Below are positions 28,167 through 37,584 of a DNA stretch of 64,000 nt, one piece after another. The DNA is from Candidatus Altiarchaeota archaeon (GTDB lineage Archaea > Altiarchaeota > Altiarchaeia > IMC4 > SCGC-AAA252-I15). The translations under genes were made by a program, and so were the position numbers. The DNA lies in NCBI GenBank assembly GCA_043800705.1, contig JAZDMS010000040.1, positions 5,550 through 69,549 on the forward strand, written 5' to 3'. The notes under the pieces are model-generated. The model worked only from the letters and a program-made list of their open reading frames with translations, was not told where the DNA came from and ran no database searches. How positions within the stretch are numbered: the first letter of the stretch is position 1; every line of letters begins with the position of its first letter.

Positions 28167-29246
28167 ATGGATTCTATCGTTAATGCTGGCATCGAGCACG
28201 GCGTCCTGGAGAAGCGTCTCTATGACGAATTCGAGGATGCGGACCACCTCAGGATCGTCGTCTGCGGCGTCGGCGGCGGGGGGAACAACACAGTCAACCG
28301 TCTCAAACGCATCGGCATCGGCGGAGCCGACCTGGTAGCGGTCAACACAGACAAGCAGGACCTCCAAAAACTCAACCCGGAAATCACAAAGATACTGATA
28401 GGCGCGAAGCTGATGCGGGGCCTCGGCGCAGGCGGATTCCCGGAACTGGGGGCCAAAGCCGCGGAATCAAGCAAAGCCGAGCTCACGGACGTCCTGGCAG
28501 GCACGCACCTCATGTTCGTCGTCGCCGGCATGGGCGGAGGCACAGGGACCGGAGCGGCTCCGATAATCGCGGAGATAGGGAAGGGCATCGGAGCGATCGT
28601 GGTCGCGATAGTCACCTTCCCATTCAAGCTCGAGAGGGCCAGGCTCATAAAGGCGCGAGAGGGGATCGATGCGCTCAGGAAGGTCGCGGACACCGTCATC
28701 GTCGTCGACAACAACAAGCTCGTCGAATACGTCCCGAACCTGCCCTTGGACAAGGCGTTCAGCGTCGCAGACGAGATAGTCGCAAGGGCGGTGAAGGGCG
28801 TGACCGAGGCGATAATGGAGCCGAGCCTCATAAACATAGACTTCGCAGACCTCAAATCCATCATGGTAGGCGGGTCCGTGGCGGTCATAAGCGTCGGAGA
28901 GGCCGAAGGCGGGCAGGACAAGGTCGAGGCCGCTGTGAGAAACACCCTAGAGCATCCGCTATTGGACGTCGACTCCCGCGGGGCCACCGGCGCCCTCATA
29001 CACGTCACCGGCGGCGAGGGGCTCACCCTCGGCGAAGCCAACAAGGTCGGCGAGCTTCTGACGAAGGAGTTCGACCCGAAGGCAACCGTCATATGGGGCG
29101 CGAGGGTGGACCCGAAGATGGGGGAGAAGATAGAGGTCATAGCCATCGTCACCGGGGTGCACAGCCCCAACTTGGTCGGCCAGAACGCGACATCGGAATT
29201 CAGCACCCCGGAGGAGCCGATAAACTGGGAAGTAAAAGACGGGTGA
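28167..29246 (+). CDS. ftsZ: Cell division GTPase FtsZ
   Basis: VCGVGGGGNNTVNRL, the tubulin signature AGMGGGTGTGAAPIIA, and NTD.Q.L. Confidence 0.92.
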   Translation: MDSIVNAGIEHGVLEKRLYDEFEDADHLRIVVCGVGGGGNNTVNRLKRIGIGGADLVAVNTDKQDLQKLNPEITKILIGAKLMRGLGAGGFPELGAKAAESSKAELTDVLAGTHLMFVVAGMGGGTGTGAAPIIAEIGKGIGAIVVAIVTFPFKLERARLIKAREGIDALRKVADTVIVVDNNKLVEYVPNLPLDKAFSVADEIVARAVKGVTEAIMEPSLINIDFADLKSIMVGGSVAVISVGEAEGGQDKVEAAVRNTLEHPLLDVDSRGATGALIHVTGGEGLTLGEANKVGELLTKEFDPKATVIWGARVDPKMGEKIEVIAIVTGVHSPNLVGQNATSEFSTPEEPINWEVKDG

Positions 29247-29249
29247 GGG

Positions 29250-30458
29250 TCAATCCCCCCTCAATAGCCCCATGAGCCTGTACGATTCGACGGCCTTCTT
29301 CGGGCTCCTCTTCCTGATCTCCCGCTCCGTGAACGCGCAAGCGCCCACAGATTCCTTCGTCGAATCATATATCGCGTAGGGTATCGGCTCCTTAGTGTGC
29401 GTCCTGATTTCGATGGGTGTGGCGTGGTCCGGCAAAAGGAGCATCCTGAAGTCGCAGCCCATCCTGCCGAGGATCTCGCCCACGACATTCCTGTCGATGT
29501 CCTCGATGGCCCTGATCTTGTGCTCTATGCTGCCTTCATGGCCCGCCTCGTCGGTGCTCTCGATATGTACATATGTGAAGTCCACCCTTTTCAGGCTGTC
29601 CAAGGCGGCGTCGGCCTTGCCGATATAATTAGTGTCAATATAGCCTGTCGCTCCTTTGACGTCCAGCACATCCAAGCCGATGGTCTTGCCAATCCCCTTC
29701 AAGAGGTCGACGGCGGAGACAAGCGAGCCTTTCATCCCGAATTTCTCCTCAAAAGACGGAAGGTCGGGCCTGGTACCCGCGCCCCAGAACCAGACGCTGT
29801 TGGCGACGTTCTTGCCACGCGCCTTCCTCCCCCCATTCACGGGATGATCCTCAAGGACGGAAGCCGAATCGACGATGAGCCTGTTCAGGAGCCTTGCAGT
29901 CTCCTCACCCCTCTTCGAAGTCGCCTTGACCATGTTCCTTGAAACCAGGCCTCCGACGATGTCGTGGGGGGGCTTCGTGGAGATCCTATCCGAAGGCCTC
30001 AGGCGCTTCCTTATGACAAGGAGGTTCCTGTAGCTGACGCCTGGATAGAACTCCAAACCCGCGACCCCAAGCCTCTCCTTCAATGCCTCGATAAGCTCCG
30101 AACCCTCCTGCCTGGATATGTGCCCCGCGGTGAAATCCTTGATCCTGCCATCCGCTACGGTTATCAGGTTGCACCTGAGCGCCAGGTCCCCGTCCTCCAA
30201 GACGACTCCCAAGTTCGCTGCCTCGAGCGGTGATCGGCCTGTGAAGTATTTTCTCGGATCGTAGCCGAGTATCCCCATGTTCGCGATGCTCGAGTCATAC
30301 GGCAGCCCGGAATAGAAGGTCTTGGCCATGCCGCATGCGCCGCCCCTGGCGACTGCGTCCATGTTCGGGGTCTTTGCAGCCTCAAGGGGCGTCCTGCCGC
30401 CAAGCTCCTTCAGGGGCCTGTCTGCCATCCCGTCCGGAACAACGATCACATACTTCAT
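29250..30458 (-). CDS. apgM: 2,3-bisphosphoglycerate-independent phosphoglycerate mutase, archaeal type
   Basis: MKYVIVVPDGMADRP...LGGRTPLE.A.TPNMD... and ..ESTDEAGHEG.. metalloenzyme motifs. Confidence 0.85.
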   Translation of the reverse strand: MKYVIVVPDGMADRPLKELGGRTPLEAAKTPNMDAVARGGACGMAKTFYSGLPYDSSIANMGILGYDPRKYFTGRSPLEAANLGVVLEDGDLALRCNLITVADGRIKDFTAGHISRQEGSELIEALKERLGVAGLEFYPGVSYRNLLVIRKRLRPSDRISTKPPHDIVGGLVSRNMVKATSKRGEETARLLNRLIVDSASVLEDHPVNGGRKARGKNVANSVWFWGAGTRPDLPSFEEKFGMKGSLVSAVDLLKGIGKTIGLDVLDVKGATGYIDTNYIGKADAALDSLKRVDFTYVHIESTDEAGHEGSIEHKIRAIEDIDRNVVGEILGRMGCDFRMLLLPDHATPIEIRTHTKEPIPYAIYDSTKESVGACAFTEREIRKRSPKKAVESYRLMGLLRGD

Positions 30459-30497
30459 GCATCTGTGTTATTATCCGCTGCGTAAATAAATTATGCC

Positions 30498-30953
30498 ATG
30501 GCATTCACGGTCAGAGCCTACGAGCACAGGGACGCAGACGGAATACTGCGGCTCTACCGGCTCGCAGGCTCATGGTTCGAAGACGTGGAAGTCACCAGAG
30601 ACTTCATAGTAGCCTCCTCGGAGAGGCCTGATTTCAGGTTTCAGGTCGCGGAAGACGGGAAAAGCATGGTCGGCTTCATCGGCGCCCTATACTTCAAGGC
30701 AGTCGGAAGGGCGGAACTGGGGCCGATCGCGGTCGATGAATCCATACGGTGCATAGGCGTCGGCTCGGCGCTCGTGGCTTCGATGATGCGGTTCCTTTCG
30801 GTGGAGGGGATACGGCGCGTAACCGTCAAGGTCAAGTCCGAAAACAAGGCGGCTATCGGTTTTTTCATCGGCAAGGGGTTCAGCCATGACGCGTATCTGC
30901 GCAGGTATACGCTCAAAGGCGAGGATGTTGTGGAGTTGACCGCATCCCTCTGA
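30498..30953 (+). CDS. GNAT family N-acetyltransferase
   Basis: IAVDESIRCIGVGSALV (R/Q-x-x-G-x-G/A motif A); 151 aa. Confidence 0.75.
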   Translation: MAFTVRAYEHRDADGILRLYRLAGSWFEDVEVTRDFIVASSERPDFRFQVAEDGKSMVGFIGALYFKAVGRAELGPIAVDESIRCIGVGSALVASMMRFLSVEGIRRVTVKVKSENKAAIGFFIGKGFSHDAYLRRYTLKGEDVVELTASL

Positions 30954-31062
30954 TTGGGGGAACCACCTGCTCCAGGGTGGTCGTTTATATATTCCCCCGC
31001 CTTATAGTCAAATGGGGCGGCTGACTGGTGTCATATCAAAAGCAAAATACGACGAAAAGCGG

Positions 31063-33168
31063 ATGATGATGGACAACAAAGCCAAGATAACCCTCCTATT
31101 GCTGGCATTTTCGTTCATGTGCCCCCTTGCGGGCGCGGTCGAGATAACCAGCATCAAAATCTCGGAAGACCCCGTATCCTATCTCGGTAAATTCGACGTC
31201 ACAGCCCGGCTCAGCGGGTTGTCCGGCACCGAATGCAACCTGATCGCGGAATTCTACGTCGACGACTTCCGCTTCGACACCCTCAACATCCCCTGCGGCG
31301 CAAACGAGATAGAGGGCAGATTCGACCTCTCAGCCGATGACTGGGTTGCGAAGAACGTCCAATGCGGCGTACGCCAGGCGAGGGTCGAGCTCCACAGGCC
31401 CATCGGAAACGCCCTAGTCACCAATAAAACCGTCGAAATAAACATCGGTAACGTCCCCAACGTCGAATTGAACCCCTCCCAACCAACCGCTGAGAAGGAG
31501 GTCCGGGTCATTCTGACAGACAAGGATACAGGAGACCCCCTCCAAGGCGTCGACGTCAGGGTCAAGGACATCTATGGCGGGGAAGACATATCACGTAGGA
31601 CTATACAGGACGGCTCGTTCATGTTCACCCCCAAGGTCGCAGGCGAATATCACCTGACCATGTCCAACCGGCTTATCTGCGGCGAAATGGTCATATACGC
31701 GAAGCGGCCGCTCATGATAGACGGCCCAAGGCCGGATAATCCAGTCATCAACGAGATGGTCATGGTGGCTGTCCCATCCGGCGCCAGCGTCGGCGTCAAG
31801 ATACTCGACGCCAAAGGGAATCTGTTCAGGATAGTTCCAGTAACATTCAACGGCGGCGCCAACTTCTCGATCAGCCAGCCCGGGACATACACCCTAGTAG
31901 TAGGCGACCAGAGCACAAAATACTGGCCCCTAAACCGGACATTCGTCGTCTCAGACCGCCTCATCCCGGAGGTGAAGATCGCACCCGAACAGCCGGTCGT
32001 CGGAAAAACCGCCACCATAACCGTGACCTCGAGGGGTGAACCGCTGTCCGGAGCCGTCGTGACCGTGAAGCGCCCCGACGGGGTCGACAGGGACTATACC
32101 ACGTCCGACTACGGAACCATCAACTACGAAAACGTCCCCTCCACCGGGACCTACCCCATGAAGGTCACGAAGGACAGGTTCGGAGTAGGCTCCGCCTCCT
32201 TCGAGGCGAAACATGCATTAAACGTCAAATTCGAACCCCTGAGCCCGACAGTCAAAGACACCATAACGATCATAGTCAATGACCAGAACGACAAGCCAGT
32301 CAGCGACGTCCTCGTGGAGATACCCGACACCGGATTCAAACGCATCACTGACATGGCAGGCAAGGTCAGCTTCAACCTCCAGGAGGCGAGGGAATACCGG
32401 ATAAAGCTGACGAAGGACCTCTTCTGGGACTATACGGCTCAGCTGACCCCGTACGGGCTGCTCACCTTCGGGCAGTGCCTGAGCGAATTCGAACTCGGCA
32501 ACAGCGTCGAGCTCAAGGTCTTCGACACCTTCAACAATCCCGCGTCCGCAGAATTGACCGTCCGAGACCCGGACGGCATAATCAAACCATACAGCGGCTC
32601 CAGCCAAACACTGACGCCCGACAAACCCGGCCAATACCTGGTCACAGCCAGCAAGACGAACTACATAAACTCGAACCTCACCTTCACCGTGACCCCCCAC
32701 CCGCTCGATATAAACACTACTATGGCAAAGGGGCAGCTCACCGTACAGGTAAAGAGCAAAGGCCAGCCGGTGTCTCAGATGGCAGTGTCCGTGATAAAGG
32801 GGCAGGAGACATTCAACGGCACCACGAACGAGGCGGGAGCCGCGGTATTCAGCATAAACCGCGAAGGAAACGTCTCCATCACGGCGAACCTGGGAAAATT
32901 AAACCGGAACTATGGGGAACTAACCGTGCGGCAGATCATCGTCAGGTCATACGACCTCATACTGCTGACCACACCCCTCATCATCATATTCGCGATAACC
33001 CTCATGACCATCATCGCCATACAGCTCGGCCGCATGTACCTCGGCAGCGAATGGAAGATGCCCTCTTTCGGCTCAGGCGGCGTCGGATCGCACAAGGGCC
33101 GGACGAAACACGATTCCACCCTCCTTGGCGACAAGAAGCCCCACAAGTCCCGGCTCTCGAAGATGTGA
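31063..33168 (+). CDS. Large surface protein with repeated Ig-like/carboxypeptidase-regulatory-like beta domains and a C-terminal TM anchor
   Basis: Signal peptide MMMDNKAKITLLLLAFSFMCPLAGA. Repeated ~85-aa units (..V.V.D..G.P..GA.V.V....G....T...G...F...), a C-terminal TM LILLTTPLIIIFAITLMTIIAIQL, and a basic tail. Confidence 0.6.
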   Translation: MMMDNKAKITLLLLAFSFMCPLAGAVEITSIKISEDPVSYLGKFDVTARLSGLSGTECNLIAEFYVDDFRFDTLNIPCGANEIEGRFDLSADDWVAKNVQCGVRQARVELHRPIGNALVTNKTVEINIGNVPNVELNPSQPTAEKEVRVILTDKDTGDPLQGVDVRVKDIYGGEDISRRTIQDGSFMFTPKVAGEYHLTMSNRLICGEMVIYAKRPLMIDGPRPDNPVINEMVMVAVPSGASVGVKILDAKGNLFRIVPVTFNGGANFSISQPGTYTLVVGDQSTKYWPLNRTFVVSDRLIPEVKIAPEQPVVGKTATITVTSRGEPLSGAVVTVKRPDGVDRDYTTSDYGTINYENVPSTGTYPMKVTKDRFGVGSASFEAKHALNVKFEPLSPTVKDTITIIVNDQNDKPVSDVLVEIPDTGFKRITDMAGKVSFNLQEAREYRIKLTKDLFWDYTAQLTPYGLLTFGQCLSEFELGNSVELKVFDTFNNPASAELTVRDPDGIIKPYSGSSQTLTPDKPGQYLVTASKTNYINSNLTFTVTPHPLDINTTMAKGQLTVQVKSKGQPVSQMAVSVIKGQETFNGTTNEAGAAVFSINREGNVSITANLGKLNRNYGELTVRQIIVRSYDLILLTTPLIIIFAITLMTIIAIQLGRMYLGSEWKMPSFGSGGVGSHKGRTKHDSTLLGDKKPHKSRLSKM

Positions 33169-33232
33169 TGTTTTTTAAGGCCCATAATCAATATATATCG
33201 GGGAACGGTTGGCTAAAGTAGGTGTTCCCAAT

Positions 33233-35389
33233 ATGAAGTACAGCATGGATTATTCAAGGATTTTATCAGCCATATTTTTTGTTGCCGTCCTCTTGACCGC
33301 CATACCCCCGGCTAGCGCAGCCACCGGCATAGACGACATGGAAGTCAGCGTGCCCAATTCGATTGACACAGGCGGTAACTTCGACGTCTTCGTCAAATTC
33401 ACGGCCGCAGACGACGAGAACAACGCCGACGTCGACGTCGGAATAACAGTCGACGGAGTCCTCGTGCATCAGAAGGTCAGGTCCATCGACCTTGTCGACG
33501 GGCGCAGCTACAACTTCACAATCAACTCGAACGACTTCGAGCTGGAAGAGGACGACCTCGGCAGGGTCTGGTCCGAGAACCTCATGAACTACAGATGCGG
33601 TGACAACCTGGATGTCGAAGTGACCCTCTCCGGAGACATTGAAGACACGGTCGAATCAGACAAAATCGACATCAACGGCGACGACGGAGAATTGTCAGTG
33701 TCCCTCGACCCAGAGCTGCCAGCAATCGACGAGAAGTTCATCGTGGCGGTCATAGACGAGGACGACGACGAACTGAACGGCGCATCCGTCAAACTTACCT
33801 GGACGGACTACAACAGCGGGATAGACGACGCCACATGGGACGTCGACGACAAATCCAAGATCAAGACGACGGACTCCGACGGAGAGGCCGACTTCAAGAT
33901 ATCGAATGACATGGGCAAGAGCGCATACGGCAACTACCAGATAGACGTCACAAAGGCCGACTACTGCAAAGAGACCCTGACTATGTCGGTCCTCAACGGC
34001 CTCAACATGAGCGGCCCGACGCCGGCCAACCCGAAGGCGGGCGAGCAGTTCAGGGTCAACGTCACCTCCCTCTCGGGGAAGGCTGCAATAGGCCTCATCG
34101 TGACCCTCACGCCAGGAAACGTGAAGAGCCAGGTCCTTCAGGACGGGACAGCCCCGTTCACGATAGCATCGCCCGGGTCATACACGCTCATAGTCGGCGG
34201 CGGAACCACCGGGTATGACGAGGTGATGAAGACCGTCCAGGTCTCGACGAAGTCACAGCTGACGATCGACTTCTCCTCCGCGATGCCGCCTGTCGGCAAG
34301 GAGATGACCCTAACGGTCACGGCAAATGACGCCCCCGTTGAAGGCGCGACGGTCAAGGTCACTCCGCAGGGCGGCACCGAGCAGACCGTGGGGACGACCT
34401 CAAAGGACGGCACCGTAAAATACACCCCCGCCACATCTGTAAGCTACACGGTGAAGGCCTCAAAGACCACATACGACGAGGCTACCGACACGTTCACCTC
34501 AAAGGGGACCTTCCAGATAGAGCTCCCCCCGGCATCCGACCTCAAGAAGGGCAGCCAGGTGACGGTGACAGTCAAGGACGCATCAGGCAACCCCGTCCCG
34601 GCAGCCACGGTCTACGCAGGCCCAGGGATCACAGGACCCACGGACACGTCCGGCAAATACACGTTCACGCTGCCTGACGTCGGAACATACACGATCTCCG
34701 TCACAAAGGCCGGATACTCGGACGGAACGGCGACCCTCAGCACCACCGGCCAGCTGTCCGTCAAAGTCGACAAGAAGGAGATAGCCCTCGGAGACTCGGT
34801 AAAGATAACCGTCATGAATTCTAACGGGCAGCCTGTCGAATCATCCCTGGATATAACCGGCCCGTCCGTAGGCGACACGAAAACCGCATCGGAATACTCC
34901 TACACCCCGACCAAAGCCGGAGACTACCAGGTGCGGGCGTCCAAGGCCAGCTACGGCTCATCATCCGACACCTTCAAGGTATTGTCCAAGACGGTCACAG
35001 TGACCTACATGTTCCAGGAGGACAAACTATACGTCAACGTGACAAGCGGCGGCAGGCCCCAACAGGGCGTACCCCTGACTGTCACCCTAGGTAACGCATC
35101 ACTGAAGGCGTCGACTGACTCCACAGGCATGGCGAGCGTGCCGGCGAACGAGACAGGCGAATACGTTATCGCAGTCGCAGGCCCCGACTATACGGGAGCC
35201 CCGGTGACGGCGCTGAAATCAACGACGGCGATAATCTCCGATCTGTGGGTGCCAGTCCTCATAGTGCTGGTCGTACTCGTGCTGATCGGCATATTCGCAG
35301 TCGTCGCAATCAGCCTGATGCAGCGGCGCGGAGGCGGCTCGAAGCCCACATTCAAACGCCGCTCCGACGGGACCCACCTGGGACGTTAG
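33233..35389 (+). CDS. Large acidic surface protein with repeated Ig-like beta domains and a C-terminal TM anchor
   Basis: Signal MKYSMDYSRILSAIFFVAVLLTAIPPASA. Repeated units (..V.V....G.P..GATV......T..DG...YT....G.Y...A.K..Y..), a C-terminal TM plus RRGGGSK tail. Same architecture as the upstream gene. Confidence 0.6.
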   Translation: MKYSMDYSRILSAIFFVAVLLTAIPPASAATGIDDMEVSVPNSIDTGGNFDVFVKFTAADDENNADVDVGITVDGVLVHQKVRSIDLVDGRSYNFTINSNDFELEEDDLGRVWSENLMNYRCGDNLDVEVTLSGDIEDTVESDKIDINGDDGELSVSLDPELPAIDEKFIVAVIDEDDDELNGASVKLTWTDYNSGIDDATWDVDDKSKIKTTDSDGEADFKISNDMGKSAYGNYQIDVTKADYCKETLTMSVLNGLNMSGPTPANPKAGEQFRVNVTSLSGKAAIGLIVTLTPGNVKSQVLQDGTAPFTIASPGSYTLIVGGGTTGYDEVMKTVQVSTKSQLTIDFSSAMPPVGKEMTLTVTANDAPVEGATVKVTPQGGTEQTVGTTSKDGTVKYTPATSVSYTVKASKTTYDEATDTFTSKGTFQIELPPASDLKKGSQVTVTVKDASGNPVPAATVYAGPGITGPTDTSGKYTFTLPDVGTYTISVTKAGYSDGTATLSTTGQLSVKVDKKEIALGDSVKITVMNSNGQPVESSLDITGPSVGDTKTASEYSYTPTKAGDYQVRASKASYGSSSDTFKVLSKTVTVTYMFQEDKLYVNVTSGGRPQQGVPLTVTLGNASLKASTDSTGMASVPANETGEYVIAVAGPDYTGAPVTALKSTTAIISDLWVPVLIVLVVLVLIGIFAVVAISLMQRRGGGSKPTFKRRSDGTHLGR

Positions 35390-35487
35390 CGGTCTTCGGT
35401 TCTCGGTTCTCGGTTTTCCGTCAAGACTGAAAACTGAGAACTGAAAACTGAAAACTGAAAACTGCAGACAGGAAACCGCAGACCGTG
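35390..35487 (+). repeat. Heptad-periodic long hairpin element, copy 1 (possible 3'UTR/terminator structure)
   Basis: (CGGTTCT)2 CGGTTTT CCG-tcaaga-CT GAAAACT GAGAACT (GAAAACT)3 starts 1 nt after the TAG stop. The arms pair with one G-T (G-U) per heptad. Confidence 0.7.
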
Positions 35488-35548
35488 GGCTGAAGGCCGT
35501 GGACCTCCTATTTTAAGCCTTATTCTCCTATTCTTTCTGGATACCATC

Positions 35549-36625
35549 ATGCACCTTGTCACAAACGTACTCGGATCCTTCGTCATAAAGAACGGGAATA
35601 TAATCCTGCAGGCCCTTTTCCCGCAGGATGCGATACAGGTCGCAGAAAGGCTGCGCAAGACGGAGAGATCCTTCTGCCTGGAGGAGGCAAAGCTGATAAG
35701 GGAGCTGGTCGCGACCGGGAACAGGAAGGTCGAAGTCAACAATCCCCCAAGGTTCTCGGGATCCGGGCTCAACATGGCATTCGTCAACGAGGCCGAAAGG
35801 ATCTCGGTATACAAGATAGCGACGGACCTCTACCTCGACCGCAGGGACGTCGATTCCATGGTCCGGAAGGTCAACCGCCTCCTGGTCCGCGAACGAATGA
35901 AGGAAGTCGACAAAGACCAGATCCTCATGCAGGCCGTCGACAGCCTCAACGACATAGACGAGGCCGTGAACCGCCTCGTCGAACGCCTCAGGGAATGGTA
36001 CTCACTGCACTTCCCCGAACTGGACTACATGGTCGCCGCACACGACACATACGCCCGTCTCGTCGCCGAAGTCGGGGAAAGAGGCAACTTCGCATCAGCC
36101 AAGCTCAACTTCGAGCCGAAGCTGACCGACAGGATAATCAAATCCACCGGGGACTCGATGGGGGTCGCATTCGACGAAAAAGACATCAAAGCGGTACAAA
36201 CCCTGGCCAAACCGATACTCCACCTGTACCAGACCCAGAAGGAGGTCGAGGACTACATAGGGGAACTCATGCAGGATGTGGCGCCCAACATCAGCGCCCT
36301 CGCGGGAGCCGTCCTCGGGGCAAGGCTCATATCGCTCGCACACGGCCTCCAAAGGCTAGCGACCCTCCCCGCCGGCACCATACAGCTCCTCGGCGCAGAG
36401 GACGCATTCTTCAGGTTCCTCAAGACCGGGAAGAAGCCTCCGAAGCACGGCATCATATTCCAGCTGCCTGCGATTAGGGGGGCCAGCCGCAACACAAGAG
36501 GGAAGATATCTCGCACATTCGCCGCCAAACTCGCGATAGCGGCCAAAGTAGACGCCTTTAAAGGCCAATTCATAGGCGACAAACTGAAAGCCGACCTAGA
36601 AAAGAGGATAGCATCCCTGAAATAG
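35549..36625 (+). CDS. nop5: C/D box snoRNP core protein Nop5 (Nop56/58)
   Basis: 358 aa with the coiled-coil middle and a NOSIC/Nop domain (..LREWYSLHFPEL....PNISALAGAVLGARLISLAHGLQRLATLPAGTIQLLGAE.A.FR.....KPPKHG.IFQ.P). Confidence 0.88.
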   Translation: MHLVTNVLGSFVIKNGNIILQALFPQDAIQVAERLRKTERSFCLEEAKLIRELVATGNRKVEVNNPPRFSGSGLNMAFVNEAERISVYKIATDLYLDRRDVDSMVRKVNRLLVRERMKEVDKDQILMQAVDSLNDIDEAVNRLVERLREWYSLHFPELDYMVAAHDTYARLVAEVGERGNFASAKLNFEPKLTDRIIKSTGDSMGVAFDEKDIKAVQTLAKPILHLYQTQKEVEDYIGELMQDVAPNISALAGAVLGARLISLAHGLQRLATLPAGTIQLLGAEDAFFRFLKTGKKPPKHGIIFQLPAIRGASRNTRGKISRTFAAKLAIAAKVDAFKGQFIGDKLKADLEKRIASLK

Positions 36626-36631
36626 GCCCCC

Positions 36632-37279
36632 TCAGAGGCCTCTGAGAAGCCTCATACCAGCAATGCTAGTCCATCCTGCCAGTATCAACGCCTCTATGAA
36701 CTCTGGCACTGCGAAACCGACGCCCAGCATGTCGTCGACGCGAAACCAATACGCCGAACCTATCACTGCCAGAGCCGACAATCCGGCTCCTATGGAAAGA
36801 TAGCCGGTACCCGCCTCCCTCAAACGCAGGAGGCCGACCCCTGCAGACACCATCCCAAGGGGGTAGGCTATGAAATATACCGCAGAGACCAGGATGTGGG
36901 CGTTCAATGACTCCTCGGTGTATACTCCGACAAGGGCGAGGCCGACAGCCCCGGACAATAGCAGGACTGCAGTGGGCCTGATGAGCCCGCTCCTGCGATG
37001 CCTATGGACGAAGCCCAGTATGAAAAGGCAGCTCAAGATCCCAGCTATGATGAGGCAGCCGTTGAAGATCCACCCATGGCCGGTGACTCCCAGGTCGCTC
37101 AAAGCATTGGACCTCCAGCTGAAACCCCCGTCATCTCCCCGGGCTATCCACACGTTAACCCGGTATGGGACGGTTTCCGAACAACCCGGCCCGCAGGCCG
37201 CGACCGCTGCCAAGACGCCGAACACCCCGATCAAAGAGGCAATCACGCCACACAAACCAGCCAATCGGAGCATTTCCAC
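36632..37279 (-). CDS. DUF998-like membrane protein
   Basis: 215 aa with 6 TM helices and the SNALSDLG motif after the first loop. Confidence 0.55.
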   Translation of the reverse strand: MEMLRLAGLCGVIASLIGVFGVLAAVAACGPGCSETVPYRVNVWIARGDDGGFSWRSNALSDLGVTGHGWIFNGCLIIAGILSCLFILGFVHRHRRSGLIRPTAVLLLSGAVGLALVGVYTEESLNAHILVSAVYFIAYPLGMVSAGVGLLRLREAGTGYLSIGAGLSALAVIGSAYWFRVDDMLGVGFAVPEFIEALILAGWTSIAGMRLLRGL

Positions 37280-37400
37280 AGATAGGATATGGGAATAAGG
37301 ATATTATACCGTCCATCCGAGCTCAGCCCTTTCTTGCGAAGAATCCGGAAAGCTGCGCTTTCTGTCGCCGCGGAACTGCGTTCCGCGTAATCGCTAGCGG

Positions 37401-37457
37401 AAAGAAACATATTCGGTTGATATGTGCATGTTTGTCCATCAGCAGCTACCCTTGTCG
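37401..37457. repeat. 57-bp direct repeat, copy 1 (period 90 bp)
   Basis: AAAGAAACATATTCGGTTGATATGTGCATGTTTGTCCATCAGCAGCTACCCTTGTCG matches 54/57 positions of the copy at 37491. Confidence 0.9.
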
Positions 37458-37486
37458 CAAACTTTTCTTTTGTAAAGAAAAGTTTG
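37458..37486. other. Perfect 13-bp AT-rich hairpin between the two 57-bp repeats
   Basis: CAAACTTTTCTTT-tgt-AAAGAAAAGTTTG. Confidence 0.85.
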
Positions 37487-37490
37487 ACCA

Positions 37491-37547
37491 AAAGAAACAT
37501 ATTCGGTTGATATATGCATATCTGTCCATCAGCAGCTACCCTTGTCG
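37491..37547. repeat. 57-bp direct repeat, copy 2
   Basis: It has three substitutions relative to copy 1 and overlaps the 3' half of the C/D sRNA candidate on the minus strand. Confidence 0.9.
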
Positions 37548-37584
37548 TCACTGGTCGGACTACTTCGCTGTCATCACATGAACA
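37523..37584 (-). ncRNA. Candidate C/D box sRNA
   Basis: The minus strand reads uguucau-GUGAUGA(C)-cagcgaaguagu(12)-CCGA(D')-cca-GUGACGA(C')-caaggguagcug(12)-CUGA(D)-uggaca. It has the canonical 12-nt spacers and a possible 6-bp terminal stem (UGUUCA/UGGACA with one G-U). It is intergenic. Confidence 0.5.

Noticed and set aside
35401-35465. Heptamer tandem repeats (CGGTTCT and GAAAACT units) could be mistaken for a micro-CRISPR array or an iteron array.
   Set aside because: The unit length is 7 nt with no spacers. The two blocks are mutually complementary and form one hairpin, and no cas or rep genes are nearby.
37529-37556. The D-guide region of the C/D candidate (CGACAAGGGUAGCUG) resembles the conserved 16S rRNA 3' segment (..GUAACAAGGUAGCCGUA..).
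   Set aside because: The resemblance is in the sense orientation, not antisense, so it cannot be the guide-target pairing. It covers only about 10 nt and may be coincidental.
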